DNA of 58,834 bases, counting the filler, from Sphacelaria rigidula (Eukaryota): NCBI GenBank assembly GCA_964200075.2. It is 5 parts of 5 records of this genome, joined end to end, with 100 filler letters (N's around TTAATTAATTAA, not from the genome) between each part and the next. Parts side by side here need not be neighbours in the genome. Positions count along the whole stretch, not along the records: positions 11,790 to 23,478 come from CAXNAA020004626.1; 4 more parts are not named here. One strand, given 5' to 3'. The translations under genes were made by a program, and so were the position numbers. This document shows positions 11,860-23,578 of the stretch, in pieces. Within the stretch, counting starts at the first letter, position 1; every line of letters starts with the position of its first letter. The notes beneath the pieces were generated by a model, which saw only the letters and a program-made list of their open reading frames with translations, had not been told where the DNA came from and searched no databases.

Positions 11860-13290
11860 GGTTAAGCAGCCGAAGCTATCATCCTTGCGGACAATCGGTT
11901 CGAGGGAGTTTGTGCACAGGGAGCGTCATCACAGTAAGTTACAAGAAAAGGCTCGGGAGGGAGTGCTAGTAGGATATGATTCCGATAGTCTGCCGTACCG
12001 CATTTACAACCGCTACTCGGGAAAAATATCCAGCTCCAGAAACATCACTTTCATCGAACAAGTAGCAGGAGCTCCTTACAGTGATGAAGAGTTTTCGACA
12101 TTGGATATCCAGGAACCCGACGTATCTGTAGTTGATCAGGAACGCCATGACGACACAAACAACTTCAACATAAATATCTACGATGGTATAGCTCAGCTAG
12201 AGGACAGCACGACGTGAGGACAATTCACCGAATGCAGGGCCGCCTATCGCCCAAGCGTTCAGCCGGCGGTCCCAATCATCATCCTCCTGGACCCTTCAAC
12301 AAACGGCAAGCCAGTGAGCTAAAGCGACTAGCTTTCGTGTCTTCGGGGGGTCAACATGCTGCAACAACACTGGAAATGGTATGTCAGTACATAGGCACTG
12401 TCGGAGTTGAACAGGTTGCACCACTCGCGTCAATTTCAGTACCTTCCAACTATCGACAGGCATCGAGCTCACCATACGCTGGACGAACTTCAAAGTATTA
12501 AAAATCATGAAGTAGCCGACATCATCCCGGCCAGCTCTGTTCCCAGCAACAACAACATCATCGGTACAAGGTGGGTCTTCAAGGTCGAGGCCGACGGGCT
12601 TTTCAAAGCCCGGTTGGTGGTTCAAGGTTGATCTCAGAGGCATGGACTCGACTGCGGAAGTACTTTCGCTCCAGTTTGCAGCTTGGAAAGTCAGCGATTG
12701 TTACTGGCAATTGATACTGGGAAAACTTGGCGTATCTTAGCCCTCGACGTACAAACTACTTTCTTGAACGGCAAGCTACAGGAAACAGTGTTCTTTAGAC
12801 AAACGCCTGGCTTCGAGACGTTCGACCCAACGACAGGAGAATCACAAGCTATGGTCATGCCGGCCTTCAGGGGAAAATTCGATCCACGACGGGGACGTCA
12901 TTTCTTCTGTTTAACAGGCTAGTTCATTTCACTTCGAGTTTACGAGGTATTACAGCTACTTCAACGACAGAAGTGGAGTTAATTGCCCTTTCGAAATGCG
13001 GCAAATTCGGAACGTATCGCTTCAACCTGATACGAGAGCTTAGATGGCCATCTATTGAGCCCGCGACTATCTACTCGGATTCACAAGCCGCACTTCATCT
13101 GTCTTCGAACGCCAACTTCAGCACCAGCTCGAAATACCTGGCGATACGATTCTTTAATTCAAAAGCTATGCTTCGAGCCGGACAATTGAGGATAAACTAT
13201 GTACGATCTTCAGAAAAATTAGCGGATCTTCTCACCAAAAGCTGTGATAGAATTGTTCATCAGAGACTGCCGAAGTCTATAACCGAATTT
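11860..13290 (+). mobile_element. Ty1/copia LTR-retrotransposon pol remnant (post-integrase SH3-like region, N-terminal RT, RNase H) with stops, frameshifts and an internal deletion
   Basis: KLQEKAREGVLVGYDSDSLPYRIYN...SSRNITFIE; ELQSIKNHEV...IIGTRWVFKVEADGLFKARLVVQG; TFAPV...LALDVQTTFLNGKLQETVFFRQTPGF; STTEVELIALS...TIYSDSQAALHL...SKYLAIRFF...LADLLTK. Domain order is INT-RT-RH. Confidence 0.92.
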
Positions 13291-13341
13291 CGGAGACGAC
13301 GAATACTAATCGGACAGGATATTCAACTTCGATCATCATCG

Positions 13342-14121
13342 TCAACGCCAAACTTCGACCATCATCGTCAACCCTAAACTTCGATCATTATCATCAACGC
13401 TAAAACCTCGATAATCATGATGATATACTCCGGTATTCTTGATATCGGTGAACCCGTACATCCTGAGCGAGTCCGTCATACGTGCACGCTCCTCGGTTGG
13501 CTGTCCTGGGGTGAGAATGTCCAGAAGAATAGAAGCTCGAACTCCCCAGTCGATGTATGTGGTCGCGCGTCCTTGGAGTCGTAGTGGCTGGTTACTCAGG
13601 CGGGCCGGTGCATTGGGCGTCACGCCGTGTCGTGACCTTTGGCGGTGCATAGTGCGGTGTGTGCGGCCATTGCTTGCTGAGTTTTGTCCAACGTGTCCGC
13701 ACGCATTTCTGGTTCCGTAGTTGTAGGAGTTGTTGCGGTAGCTCATCATAGTGGTGAAGATAGAGGATGCTGAAGGTTGTGTTTTGGAAAATGTTGGGGG
13801 TTGAGAAGTGATGTGGTGTGGTACCCTTGGGGTGGTCGAGATGTCGTTTGGGTGATGACACTCGAAAAAATTAGAAGTCATGCAGTGCTTGTCTTGATAT
13901 GCCTGATATGCTTGTACGTATGCCTGTCCCCCGAGAGGTCGAAAGATGGAACCTTGCGATTCTTGGTTCTTGGTTGGTGGTCTTTCGGGCCTTGAGTTTC
14001 GCCCGTAGTCGGACCATGTGTTCATTTCTACTTGGCCTCGCGCGTCGAGTCGGAAAGCCTGGTGCCACACCCTGAAGTCCGAATGACCACCTGCGGCACT
14101 GGATCTTCTGAGGTTATCCAT
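13342..14121 (-). CDS. Hypothetical 259-aa antisense ORF downstream of the copia pol
   Basis: Uninterrupted ATG-initiated ORF in the 3' internal region of the element; no recognisable domain. Confidence 0.3.
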   Translation of the reverse strand: MDNLRRSSAAGGHSDFRVWHQAFRLDARGQVEMNTWSDYGRNSRPERPPTKNQESQGSIFRPLGGQAYVQAYQAYQDKHCMTSNFFECHHPNDISTTPRVPHHITSQPPTFSKTQPSASSIFTTMMSYRNNSYNYGTRNACGHVGQNSASNGRTHRTMHRQRSRHGVTPNAPARLSNQPLRLQGRATTYIDWGVRASILLDILTPGQPTEERARMTDSLRMYGFTDIKNTGVYHHDYRGFSVDDNDRSLGLTMMVEVWR

Positions 14122-14269
14122 ATTTATTTTCTTTCCTCTTTTTCATATATTCCTGTTTTGCTTGTATCGCGTTTTGTGAGTTTTTTTTCGGATCTTGAAT
14201 TTTGTTTGTTTTGTTTTTATTCGTCATACCTTATTGTAAGTAGCTAGCCGGTGATCACGGAAGGCGTTC

Positions 14270-15066
14270 GCATCCGAAAGCACCGCGCAGATATTGGAAC
14301 GGTTTTAATGTGAAGACAACAACAACAACAACAACAACGACAACGACAACGACAACAACTTTAGTGCGTATGTGACGGTCATGTCGAAGCCATCAGGATT
14401 CACGATGCGCAACATGCGGTCGTGGGTTATGTGTAATTCCGCGGGTCACGTACCTCATGAAGGAAGATATTGATCGCCTTGTTTTGCGCAACGATCGCAT
14501 ATTCAAAGTATTCACCCGGGATCCAACGACCCCCTACGTGGAGCGAGATTGTCCGAGTTTACGTCGACATAGATTTCGAGTTGTGGAGTTGGACAGCACA
14601 ACAGTACGACGATCGCATGCAGCGACCATGAGATGAGATGGAGCGGCAACCAAAGTTCCGTCATCGTTGGACGGCACAGCATGATAACCCCACGATTGAA
14701 GACCCCTGTGAACAAAAAGTATTGACGTCTAACCTTGCACGCATCCACTCCCCGGCACAGTCGCTAACCGTACATAACAACGTTTTCGTGGGAGAGTAGA
14801 GCGCTGATTGAGAGTCGCTTTGGTCATTCGCTTTAACTTAGCCACTTTTTCATTCCGTGCGTGCTTTTCTTTGCCTCTATCGCTGGCGTGTGCTTATAGC
14901 TACACGTCGATACCCTACTCAGGAATATCAAGGGCCTCAGTGGCAAGCTACTACAGAAAACATGTTGGGCCTCGTGGAGGGGCGTGTCGGAAGTGAAATG
15001 ATTCATTCGCCAATTGACCGCTTTTCACTCTCAATCGTGTCCTCTAGTCTCAATCTCACGAGAACA
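14270..15066 (+). repeat. Possible 3' LTR of the copia element, containing a CAA/GACAAC microsatellite
   Basis: Lies after pol and ends ...TCTCAATCTCACGAGAACA. A similar ~45-bp sequence occurs at 23596-23641. The 5' boundary is not determined. Confidence 0.35.
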
Positions 15067-15599
15067 TTGTTGAATATGGAAGATCACCAAGACTCACATT
15101 TAGGGTGCCATGTCTGGAGCACGTTTGGGACTCCAGCCGGGGGAGACCGAACGTGAGATACGGCACCGCAATCGGTCTCGAGGTAAGAGCACCACAACAT
15201 TCCTCATGCATTAATGCCGCGCGAGGTAGAAGTGCTGAAGATCCCGCGCATCCGACTGCTTTCCACTTGTTTCCGCTGATCATTGTGACTTTTGAACGAA
15301 ATTGAGGATGCATGCATTTTGCGATATCATCCTTTCACACGAACGCCCGACCCTTTACAATCTATGACACTAGATCACGTGGCTAACATTGTGCCCATCT
15401 ATCATTTTTCCGTCTCTTCCGGACAGGTAATGAAGGGCCTGCACAACTGTCGTCGCCATCCCGTCAGACACATGCCACATCCGCGGTTGAAAGAAGATTT
15501 CCACGCACGCACTTCGAACGCACAACGCCGGTAGAAAATCAGAGGGACATCGCCGAGGGTCACGCAGGCAAAAGGGTCACACCGCAAAAGCAGCTGAGC

Positions 15600-18500
15600 C
15601 CCCCTTCGTATGGGAAAGATACGGCGACTGTACTGTTCAGTGCGTCGGAGGCGTCCATCGCGTAAGCTGATGGCGCATCTGTACAAAAACAGGGGTTGCA
15701 GAGATGCAACGACGGTCCGAGCGCACAAAGTAACATCTTTAAATTCGATCGGGCGGGGAAGGCGCGAGTTGTGAACTCTCCATTACGCCGGCGTCGGAAA
15801 CCAACACGCGGGAGGTGTCACCACGGAATCCGCCGACAGTGCCTCTCAAGGAAGTGGTTAACACTTCCCACGAAAGCGGGAGAGCCGCCGATGGTACAGT
15901 CATGGAGGTGTAGACTTCAACTCCGGTAGCCAAGGCCAAGAAAAGACGTACCCCGCCCAACTTCGGCAGAGGCATGCTCAGATACGTACATCGAGACGGA
16001 AGAGGACCGCGACGAATCGCCCGGAGGTTGAGAGCGCATGGGGAACATGGCGCGAACAACAGAATGTTGCGTTGCAGCACAGATACGGGGTGAAGGAGAA
16101 CCAGAGGCTGGTAATGCACTCTCCCGAGGAAGCGCTGACATCCGCATCCCCATACAATGCAAGACGGGGTCCTACTCGGGGATCACCGGGAGGGTTTTCT
16201 ACGCCTTCGGGACACCGTAGTAAGCGACCAATCCGACAATGCACCTCGTAACAAACTCCTGCAGGCGCGTCGGCGTCAAATTCGAAGCGGGAAAAGAAGA
16301 AGGCTGCATGTGCTGCCGCCCCTGGGGTCGACCGGTGTCGAGTTGAAGGTGTCGGCAGCTCATCTTGGGCGGCTTCGGTACAAGAGCAGGTTGCACCGGC
16401 GCCGGTGCCTACGAACGGGGTTGCCGGCGAGCTAATGAGGCATCCCCACCGCCGAATACCACCGCCTGGCGCTGATCGTGGTAAACATCGTACGCGCGGT
16501 GAAAGAGGGAGGATGTCGACGCGACGCGGTACTTCTCTAGGTCCCCCCGGCAATCGTCACAACTGTAGGAGGGTGCGTTCTGCGCCGGCAGGGTCTACCC
16601 CGGTTTGTAGCATGAGGGGGGCTAAAGGGCGTAAGCGGGTTTGTCACGATGTATGTGGCATCCAGCTCCCCGTCGTCGACGACGCATGCAAAACGTGCTC
16701 CTATTGCGGTCGGATACACGACCCAGTATCGCGACTGCGCTTTGCTTGTCATCGACCAGGACCCAGCGAAGGCAATCCCTGGCGTCCTCTTGGCCATTTC
16801 TGGAGTCGTGTGCGGATGGTGATGGTATACGCCCGGCTGCACTTGTGCGAAACTATCAACCGAGTTACAGACTACTTATGCAACCGGCATAATCGTTTGT
16901 GGCGCTCACTCGAGCGACACAGAATTGCGAGTGATAAAAGGAAGGCAAAGTCCCTGCCTCCGGTTTGCTGCACACCCGCGACTGTTGGTTTCACTTCCCC
17001 CCCCTATCCCTGCCGGAGCCTGGCCCGGCGAGTACCCGGCTTGCTCCGTCCCGGCTTTTTAGGGATGCGAGGTCAATGGTCTTTCGACTACGACAATCAT
17101 GATAACGAGTACACCCCCTATCCCTGCCGAGCCGGACTTTGTTGCAGAAGCACACCCTAAAGTAATTGCAGCCGTTGGGGCGGGGCGCGTTGTGGGGCTG
17201 GAGGATGTTCATTTCTGGCTGGCCGAAGTCAGAACCGTAGCAAACGCCCGCACTGTTCTAGACAAGCGCACCAGGGAGCAAGCGCTGGGAAGTTTTGATG
17301 CGGCGGCGGCGGACGGCGCAGCCGGCGCCAAGCTTGAAAAGATAAGCGCGGTCGAGGGGGCTACACGCGATGGGCGGCGCAAGCTCATGTGTCTCGTTCC
17401 TTCCGTGGTTGTGCCCGAGGTAGGCATGGCGGCCTACCTTGAACTTCGCAACATACGGCCCAGGGTACGAGAACTGGAGCGTTCCGTCTCCCACCCCACC
17501 GCCCAGATCGACCACGTCCTCTTGAACTCGCACTCCAGCGGGTGACAGCTGCTGGTTCGGCGGAGAAGAAACGGACCGTGATCATAGCGGCTGGTTGTAT
17601 CGTTAGGATGGACAACGAAAGTGCCCAAGAACTGAGGAACGTATCGTGGGGCGGGGACCACAAATATACCGTCGACATATCAAGGAATGTTCGAGCCATG
17701 AATCAGTTTCTCACGGATGATACGCCGCCGGCACTATTGGCATTACTGAGCAGTCTGTAGCATTTGAATGTGTCGAGTGATAACTCGGACTTACTTGCGT
17801 TTTTCGACCGTAAAAAACCCAAGGAGTGCTAAAGGAGGGAATTTTGTTCATGCGCCTCGACTGCCACGGCGGACGATGTTTCCATGTCAGCGGCGCGGGA
17901 TGGCGGGGTGGGTTTGGTGGGCACCGCGAACAGGCCTGGTGATGGTACGCCCCAACGGGAACACGGGGGTGCCGTTCAACGGGGATCGGCGATGTCCCGC
18001 GCCAGCGCAAGAATGCATGGATCGACGCCGCGAGGAAAGGCGCTGCGCAAGAAGGCTGTACAATATCGCGTAAAACATTTCAGAGGATGCGGGAGTGCTT
18101 CTCCCACTTGAGATGCAAGTTTTATAGTCGCGCGCGGCGGCAGGTATTCGGTGGTCCCACGGGACGACGTGCCCACCTCGCAAAAGGGCAATAATTGAAG
18201 GTGTGAGGGCAGACAGCCTAACGAACTGTATACCCTGCATCATCCGCGCTCGTTTGGTCTCATGCTCAAATTTCCCCCACTAGGCGATATCGGTGATTCA
18301 GAGGGAGCCACAGGTGTTCAAGTACCTCTTCATGCAACTAGGCACCACGAAGAGTTGGCCCGACTCGAAGGCCGCCATTGATCGTCTTGCTGATATACGC
18401 CACGTAAATGAGAGGGGCGCAGCGGCGGATGCATGGTTGCCCGAGAGCGGGTTGAAGTATAAGCCGGAATCTGGATTGGAGATTCAGATTCCGAGTGCAG

Positions 18501-18700
18501 CGGCTCGGAGAGAGAAAGGGTTCGGCAACGGAAGCTGGCAAAGACCACGACGATGACTTCGCCTTTTGATTGAACCTGTAGAGAAAGTTGGAGACATGTT
18601 TATGCAAAAGAGTTGCGGAGGTATATATGTAACCCTATCGGTTGTTTTTTGCAGGAGAACGTTATAACCCAGGCGTTGGGCTGATGGAAACGTTGTGCAG
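15600..18700 (+). pseudogene. Decayed GC-rich, apparently intronless coding region of unknown (viral or TE) origin
   Basis: Successive protein-like frames broken by stops, frameshifts and a 98-bp insertion: YRDCALLVIDQDPAKAIPGVLLAISG, PDFVAEAHPKVIAAVGAGRVVGLEDVHFWLAEV, EPQVFKYLFMQLGTTKSWPDSKAAIDRLADI. Confidence 0.4.
17016..17113 (+). mobile_element. Short form of the non-autonomous non-LTR element found in C-runs
   Basis: AGCCTGGCCCGGCGAG...GATGCGAGGTCAATGGTC...GAGTAC, flanked by the 16-bp TSD CCCCCTATCCCTGCCG (17000-17015, 17114-17129). Confidence 0.75.
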
Positions 18701-18964
18701 GGCTCGGTGTGGTGCGCCCTTGAGTGCAGACGTCTACGCGGGTAGTCCGCAGACGCCGTGGGGTGAATCGCGGGTTGTACCTGACACTAAATACTAATAA
18801 TAATGGAACGAATCATAAAACACCAATCAGGACCATGATCTTGCAGTACAACTTTTTGAATACTGTGCGACACGACAACCGCATGCGCATCGACTCCAGT
18901 AGTAAGGCGGCGGCCATAGCGTTCTGTACAGCTGGCAAATCACCACGAATCTTTGGTTTGATCC

Positions 18965-19146
18965 GACACTTTCTACGATAGCCCCCCCCCCAAAAAGTGC
19001 ATGGTTTTGGGAGGCAAAATCTTCACGTATATCGNNNNNNNNNNGGCGCTTCATGCAGCCTGAACCCGACCATCAGGCGCTGTATGCTCATTTTTTTCGT
19101 GACATTTTTGGCTGGTTTTGGGGGGGGGGCTATCGTAGAAAGTGTC
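18965..19146. mobile_element. MITE with 4-bp TSD ATCC (spans a small N gap)
   Basis: TIRs GACACTTTCTACGATAGCCCCCCCC / GGGGGGGGCTATCGTAGAAAGTGTC; ATCC on both flanks. Confidence 0.75.
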
Positions 19147-19751
19147 ATCCGTAACAAACGATCATTGAGATTGAAGATGAAGGAGTTCATGAAGGATAAT
19201 GAGTCGGTAAATGAAAATATTCATACTCATACCAATTTCTCGAAATATGACTACATTCCTTCACGCTGTTGACAACTACTGCACGGCATACACCTGTGGA
19301 ATCCGAGATCAAAAACTTTGGGGTCTTGCAAGGGGCAGTCGAAAACTTTTTTCGGGACACGTAGCCCCCCCCCCCCCCCCCCGCCTCCCGGAGGGCATTT
19401 TTTCGAAAATTGTCATGATTTTTTCGATTCCTTTTTGTCAAGTTTGTCACGAGGAATTGATCACCAAACACTGTTTTGATTATTTCTGTCTATTTTGTCA
19501 TAAGAAATGTATCACTGAGCGCTGACAATAACCGAAAAGTCTGATGGGCTTTGTGGGGTTCGTATATCTGCTTCTGCTCCTTGCCCGTTCTGTCCCGATG
19601 ACCTCAGATGCCGAAGGGCGTTTTTTCGACAATCAAAATTATTCTGATTTTTTTTTTCCTGTTAACTTTGTTGCAAGAAATTGATCAATGAACATTGACA
19701 AAATGCGAAAATTTTGGTGGGCTTTGCGAGGTGTATGTTTGCTTCTGCTCC

Positions 19752-20127
19752 TTTACATATTTATATATATTATACAATATAAGGATCGTAAATATTTTAG
19801 CACATATATTTTTATATATAAATATATAATATAGTATATACTGCACCTTGATGAATATTTATATATATGTAAATGTATAACATGTAAATATATTGTATAT
19901 AATATAAACAATATAGAATATATTAAGGAGAAGAATATGTATAATATAGACCAATAATATAAACCTACTTGTATGAAAAGTAACATATGAAAAATAACAT
20001 ATGATATATAACATATGATATAATATATATACCTATGTTATATAATATAATGTATAGAATATAATATACGATATGTAATATATGAAATATAAAAATGAAA
20101 CATAATTATATATGAAATATGATATAA
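19752..20127. repeat. AT-rich low-complexity tract
   Basis: Degenerate (TA)n/(TAA)n sequence with very little G or C. Confidence 0.85.
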
Positions 20128-20814
20128 AAGGATCTCTACTGTCTACGGCAGCTGACCGCATCCGCCAACGCTTCGGTAAAAAAACAGGGGACACACGGCT
20201 TGGTGTCTCCCCCCCCCCTAAAAAACTCGAATTTTCGACCTTGGGGCCTACCCTACGTGTCCCGAAATTGTTTTTCGACTGCCGCTTGGGTCCTGCGTGA
20301 TTTTGTTTCGGGGGAGGGCCGGGGGAGGGTGCAGGTGATTAAAACAGAACACCCAACTTCCATCTTCCACGTGGAGGATCACCTCTTCCAAGGGCTGAGC
20401 GCCGGAGGAACATCGGATGATGTTTTTCATCCCTAATCCCTAACGCCTTTATATGTTTCCCACCAAACTTCCGTCCGCACCACACCGGACATTTGACGTG
20501 ACGACCAATGCTTCGAAGCAAACACTGATGCCGTTTTCGTCGCATCACCAATTATTTATTTCCGACATCTTTTAGTCTCGCTGACGTCACAAGAAATCAG
20601 CAGAACGTGTGTGTGCGTTATACCATGCGCGGCGACCCCGGAAGCACGCTTCATGCGCCGCCCAGCGACAACGGCAAGGACATATTTGTAACGTCTTTTC
20701 TACTGGCGGGCAATGTTGACTGTTGCATGGATGGGTGCGGGAGGAGATATTCCCCACGCTACAAACCAAGTGGACGCGGCGCAATTGCTACCTGCTCAAT
20801 TAGGATACCATATG

Positions 20815-21584
20815 CTCCCTCTGGCCGGGAATATAAGGCCGATAATGATATCCGGAATATAAGGCCGATATGTCCGATATGTCCTGTATCCTCCATATCG
20901 GGTAATTCAGTCACATGGGACGTCGGATAAGTTCGGTGTATGATCAAATATCAAATTGGATTAAATATATATATATATATATATATCCGCTCGATAGGGG
21001 GGGGGGGGGAGAGGTTGGTTCGTATCCCCGAACAGGTGAAAATCGTGGAAAATCCAGCATAAATGCACCCGGCCACGGGAGAAACGAAGTGCGGACGCTG
21101 AGTGTGCACCCCCGCCAGCTGTTGTGGGTGCGCGACGCCTGCTTTATGCTACTGATCGTACTTCTTCCACAACCTACTGATCGACTACCATCCGCAGCAG
21201 AACTCCTCCGCTGCTGCCTTATACGCACCTCGCTTCAGAACCTCGTCCTTACGAGGAGGTACCGAATCACCGCAGAATTTTGCTAGTCGTTGAGATTCTT
21301 GCGTTATGGCACCTGGGAGGCACTCCCAGCAGCGGACATACCTCACCAGAAGATGGTAAGGCTTTTGGCCGGTGTTCAAAGTTGGGGTGGTGATGTCGAG
21401 AGACTTCTGCTGGGGTAGGGCAACGTGTTTTGTCGAAGTTTTTGAAAAACACCGGTTCTGGCCGCTCCGTGTCGGTTCGGAAAAATCAATAAAAAGAACG
21501 TCCTGGAAAAGATTAAATGATGGGCCCAAGATACTGTAGACCGCTTTTTGTGCTTATCGGCCTTATATTTCCGGCCAGAGGGAG
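20815..21584. mobile_element. Tc1/mariner Stowaway-like non-autonomous element
   Basis: TIRs CTCCCTCTGGCCGGGAATATAAGGCCGATAA / TTATCGGCCTTATATTTCCGGCCAGAGGGAG; right flank TA, left flank TG. Confidence 0.75.
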
Positions 21585-22275
21585 TATGATCTATGGCGCG
21601 ATGCGTTTTTACGCCGCACCTCACATATTGTAAGACCCATCACCGAGGTGGCGACATCTCGACACGCGCGGCAGCTATCGACACAAGTCAAATTGCGCTG
21701 TGTAGATAAAACGTGGACCTACCAGTTCTCCACTTCCTGGCGGCCACCAATCTTGTCGCAGTGTTAGAAGTAGGTAGGGGTGACGTGAAGACCATCTACT
21801 GCAGATATTGCACTGTTTCGATACTTAATGGAGGCCGCTTTGGCTCAAACGACGGCTAGTACTTGCCTGTAGAGTTTTGGCTTGGTGACGTTCGTCAGTT
21901 GTGAGTAATCTTCTGTCACGTGAAGGACGGGCATCCTGGAAACTGATTTTTTTGCTTATTATACAAATTTAATACTGTACTTACAACTTGTTTCAGGGGT
22001 ATCCATTGCTGGCTTGTGGGCCTTACTGGGTTGAACTGAGCCAGACTGCGATGCGAAGGTAGCTACAGATATATACTAAAGCTTTGTATCGCTCTTTACA
22101 CTTCTTTGACTCCGTCGCGTCTTCATTTTGGGGGTGGTGGTGGGAAACGTGACACTAACTCCCGGCGTAACACCGCTGGCTCTCGTGTGCTGCACATGTC
22201 ACTGCACAATCGTGTGTTTAGACCTTGCCAAAACAATCTGGTCTCTGCTATTTTTTAGCTGACCTGCTGTACTGC

Positions 22276-22642
22276 TATTATTATTATTATTATTTCCGCA
22301 CATTAGTCCGATCTCGCGAACCCGTGGTCACAGACGTAGGCTCACCTTTCCAATACCATACTGCTATTAGTGTGTTACGAACAACTGCTGTCGGCAAAAG
22401 TGTTTGTCAGCACTCCACCTTCCTTCTGCAGTACTTGCCCTATTGCTTATCGTGAGGGGTTCAGCAGTCCCTATCTTGCATCGACCGTGAAGTCGAGTTT
22501 TGTGTATCCACGACATATTCGCTCTTCATTGTTGGACATTGTGAGATTTTTTTGGGGTCGTGTAACTGTACCGAGATTCGAAGCCACGACCCAACCGTCA
22601 GAAGGTTTCGAGGTTACCAACTGAGCCACTGGGGCGGCCGGC
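22276..22642 (-). mobile_element. tRNA-derived SINE with (TAA)n tail
   Basis: Head GCCCCAGTGGCTCAGTTGGTAACC...GCTTCGAATC carries A and B boxes; the core is shared with 47228-47630; (TAA)n tail. Confidence 0.8.
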
Positions 22643-23478
22643 CGTATGATACACGTTATCGTCGTTATTGATCGCGATGCTACTGCTGTCTGCACTTCAC
22701 CCACACAAATCAATATAAGGACAATGGCCTAGAAAAGGCACACCTCTCCTTATTATGCCTACGAGAGGTACGAAAAATAGGCAGAAGAGTGAAAACAGCA
22801 AACACACGCAATCTACACCGAGTTCGCTCCGCATTTTTGACGCACAGCAATCGCGGGGCTCCTCGGCACCCCGGCCTCGAGAAAAACAGGACAAAACATG
22901 TCACTCGCGAGATATAACCATGCGCAGAGGGATCTCTCGCCTCCAGAAATCACATCCCCTCTCTAGGTCAAATTTCGGCCAGGTATACCTGATCTAGGGA
23001 TTATTTTTCAATCAATCGTACCTCATCTGGGCGACCAGTCGGCCCAGGAAGTATCTATCTTGGGCCATCGCTTCTCACACTGTTCCTGATGCGGCACACT
23101 GCGCGCAAAGGAATATACGCGCCAACTCCAACCACGGTGCCCACATATACATTCGGCTCTTTTCCCGCCCATTTGCATTTCACGAACGCCACAACGACCA
23201 CATATTTCCAACCCTAACGGTACAACCATTAATCCTTGGACGCCCCGCCCCCCCCCCCGTTGGTAGACTGAGGTAGACACTCCACTTTTTGGGGTCAGAA
23301 TCATTCCTTTGTCACAACTCAAAACGCCTACTCTACGGCGGAAGGGACCGGGAGTGCACAAGAGACACGTAGCTGTGAGAGTCAGAACACAGGGGTGGTG
23401 TGGTTGTCGACCACGTGATTATTACGCCTCATATTTTTGCTGTGCAGTTTGTAGTGTATCGTGCCGCGGCTGCACGTG

Positions 23479-23578
23479 NNNNNNNNNNNNNNNNNNNNNN
23501 NNNNNNNNNNNNNNNNNNNNNNTTAATTAATTAANNNNNNNNNNNNNNNNNNNNNNNNNNNNNNNNNNNNNNNNNNNN
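23479..23578. other. Artificial contig-join linker
   Basis: Same 100-bp linker structure. Confidence 0.97.

Noticed and set aside
16660..16770. KTCSYCGRIHD...FAC resembles a TnpB/Fanzor zinc ribbon
   Set aside because: There is no second CxxC, no RuvC-III DRDxN motif and no upstream RuvC motif. A different frame over the same bases looks more like the real coding frame.
21997..22058. Possible next exon of the HAT gene
   Set aside because: It lies on a different contig beyond an artificial linker, and the peptide is uninformative.
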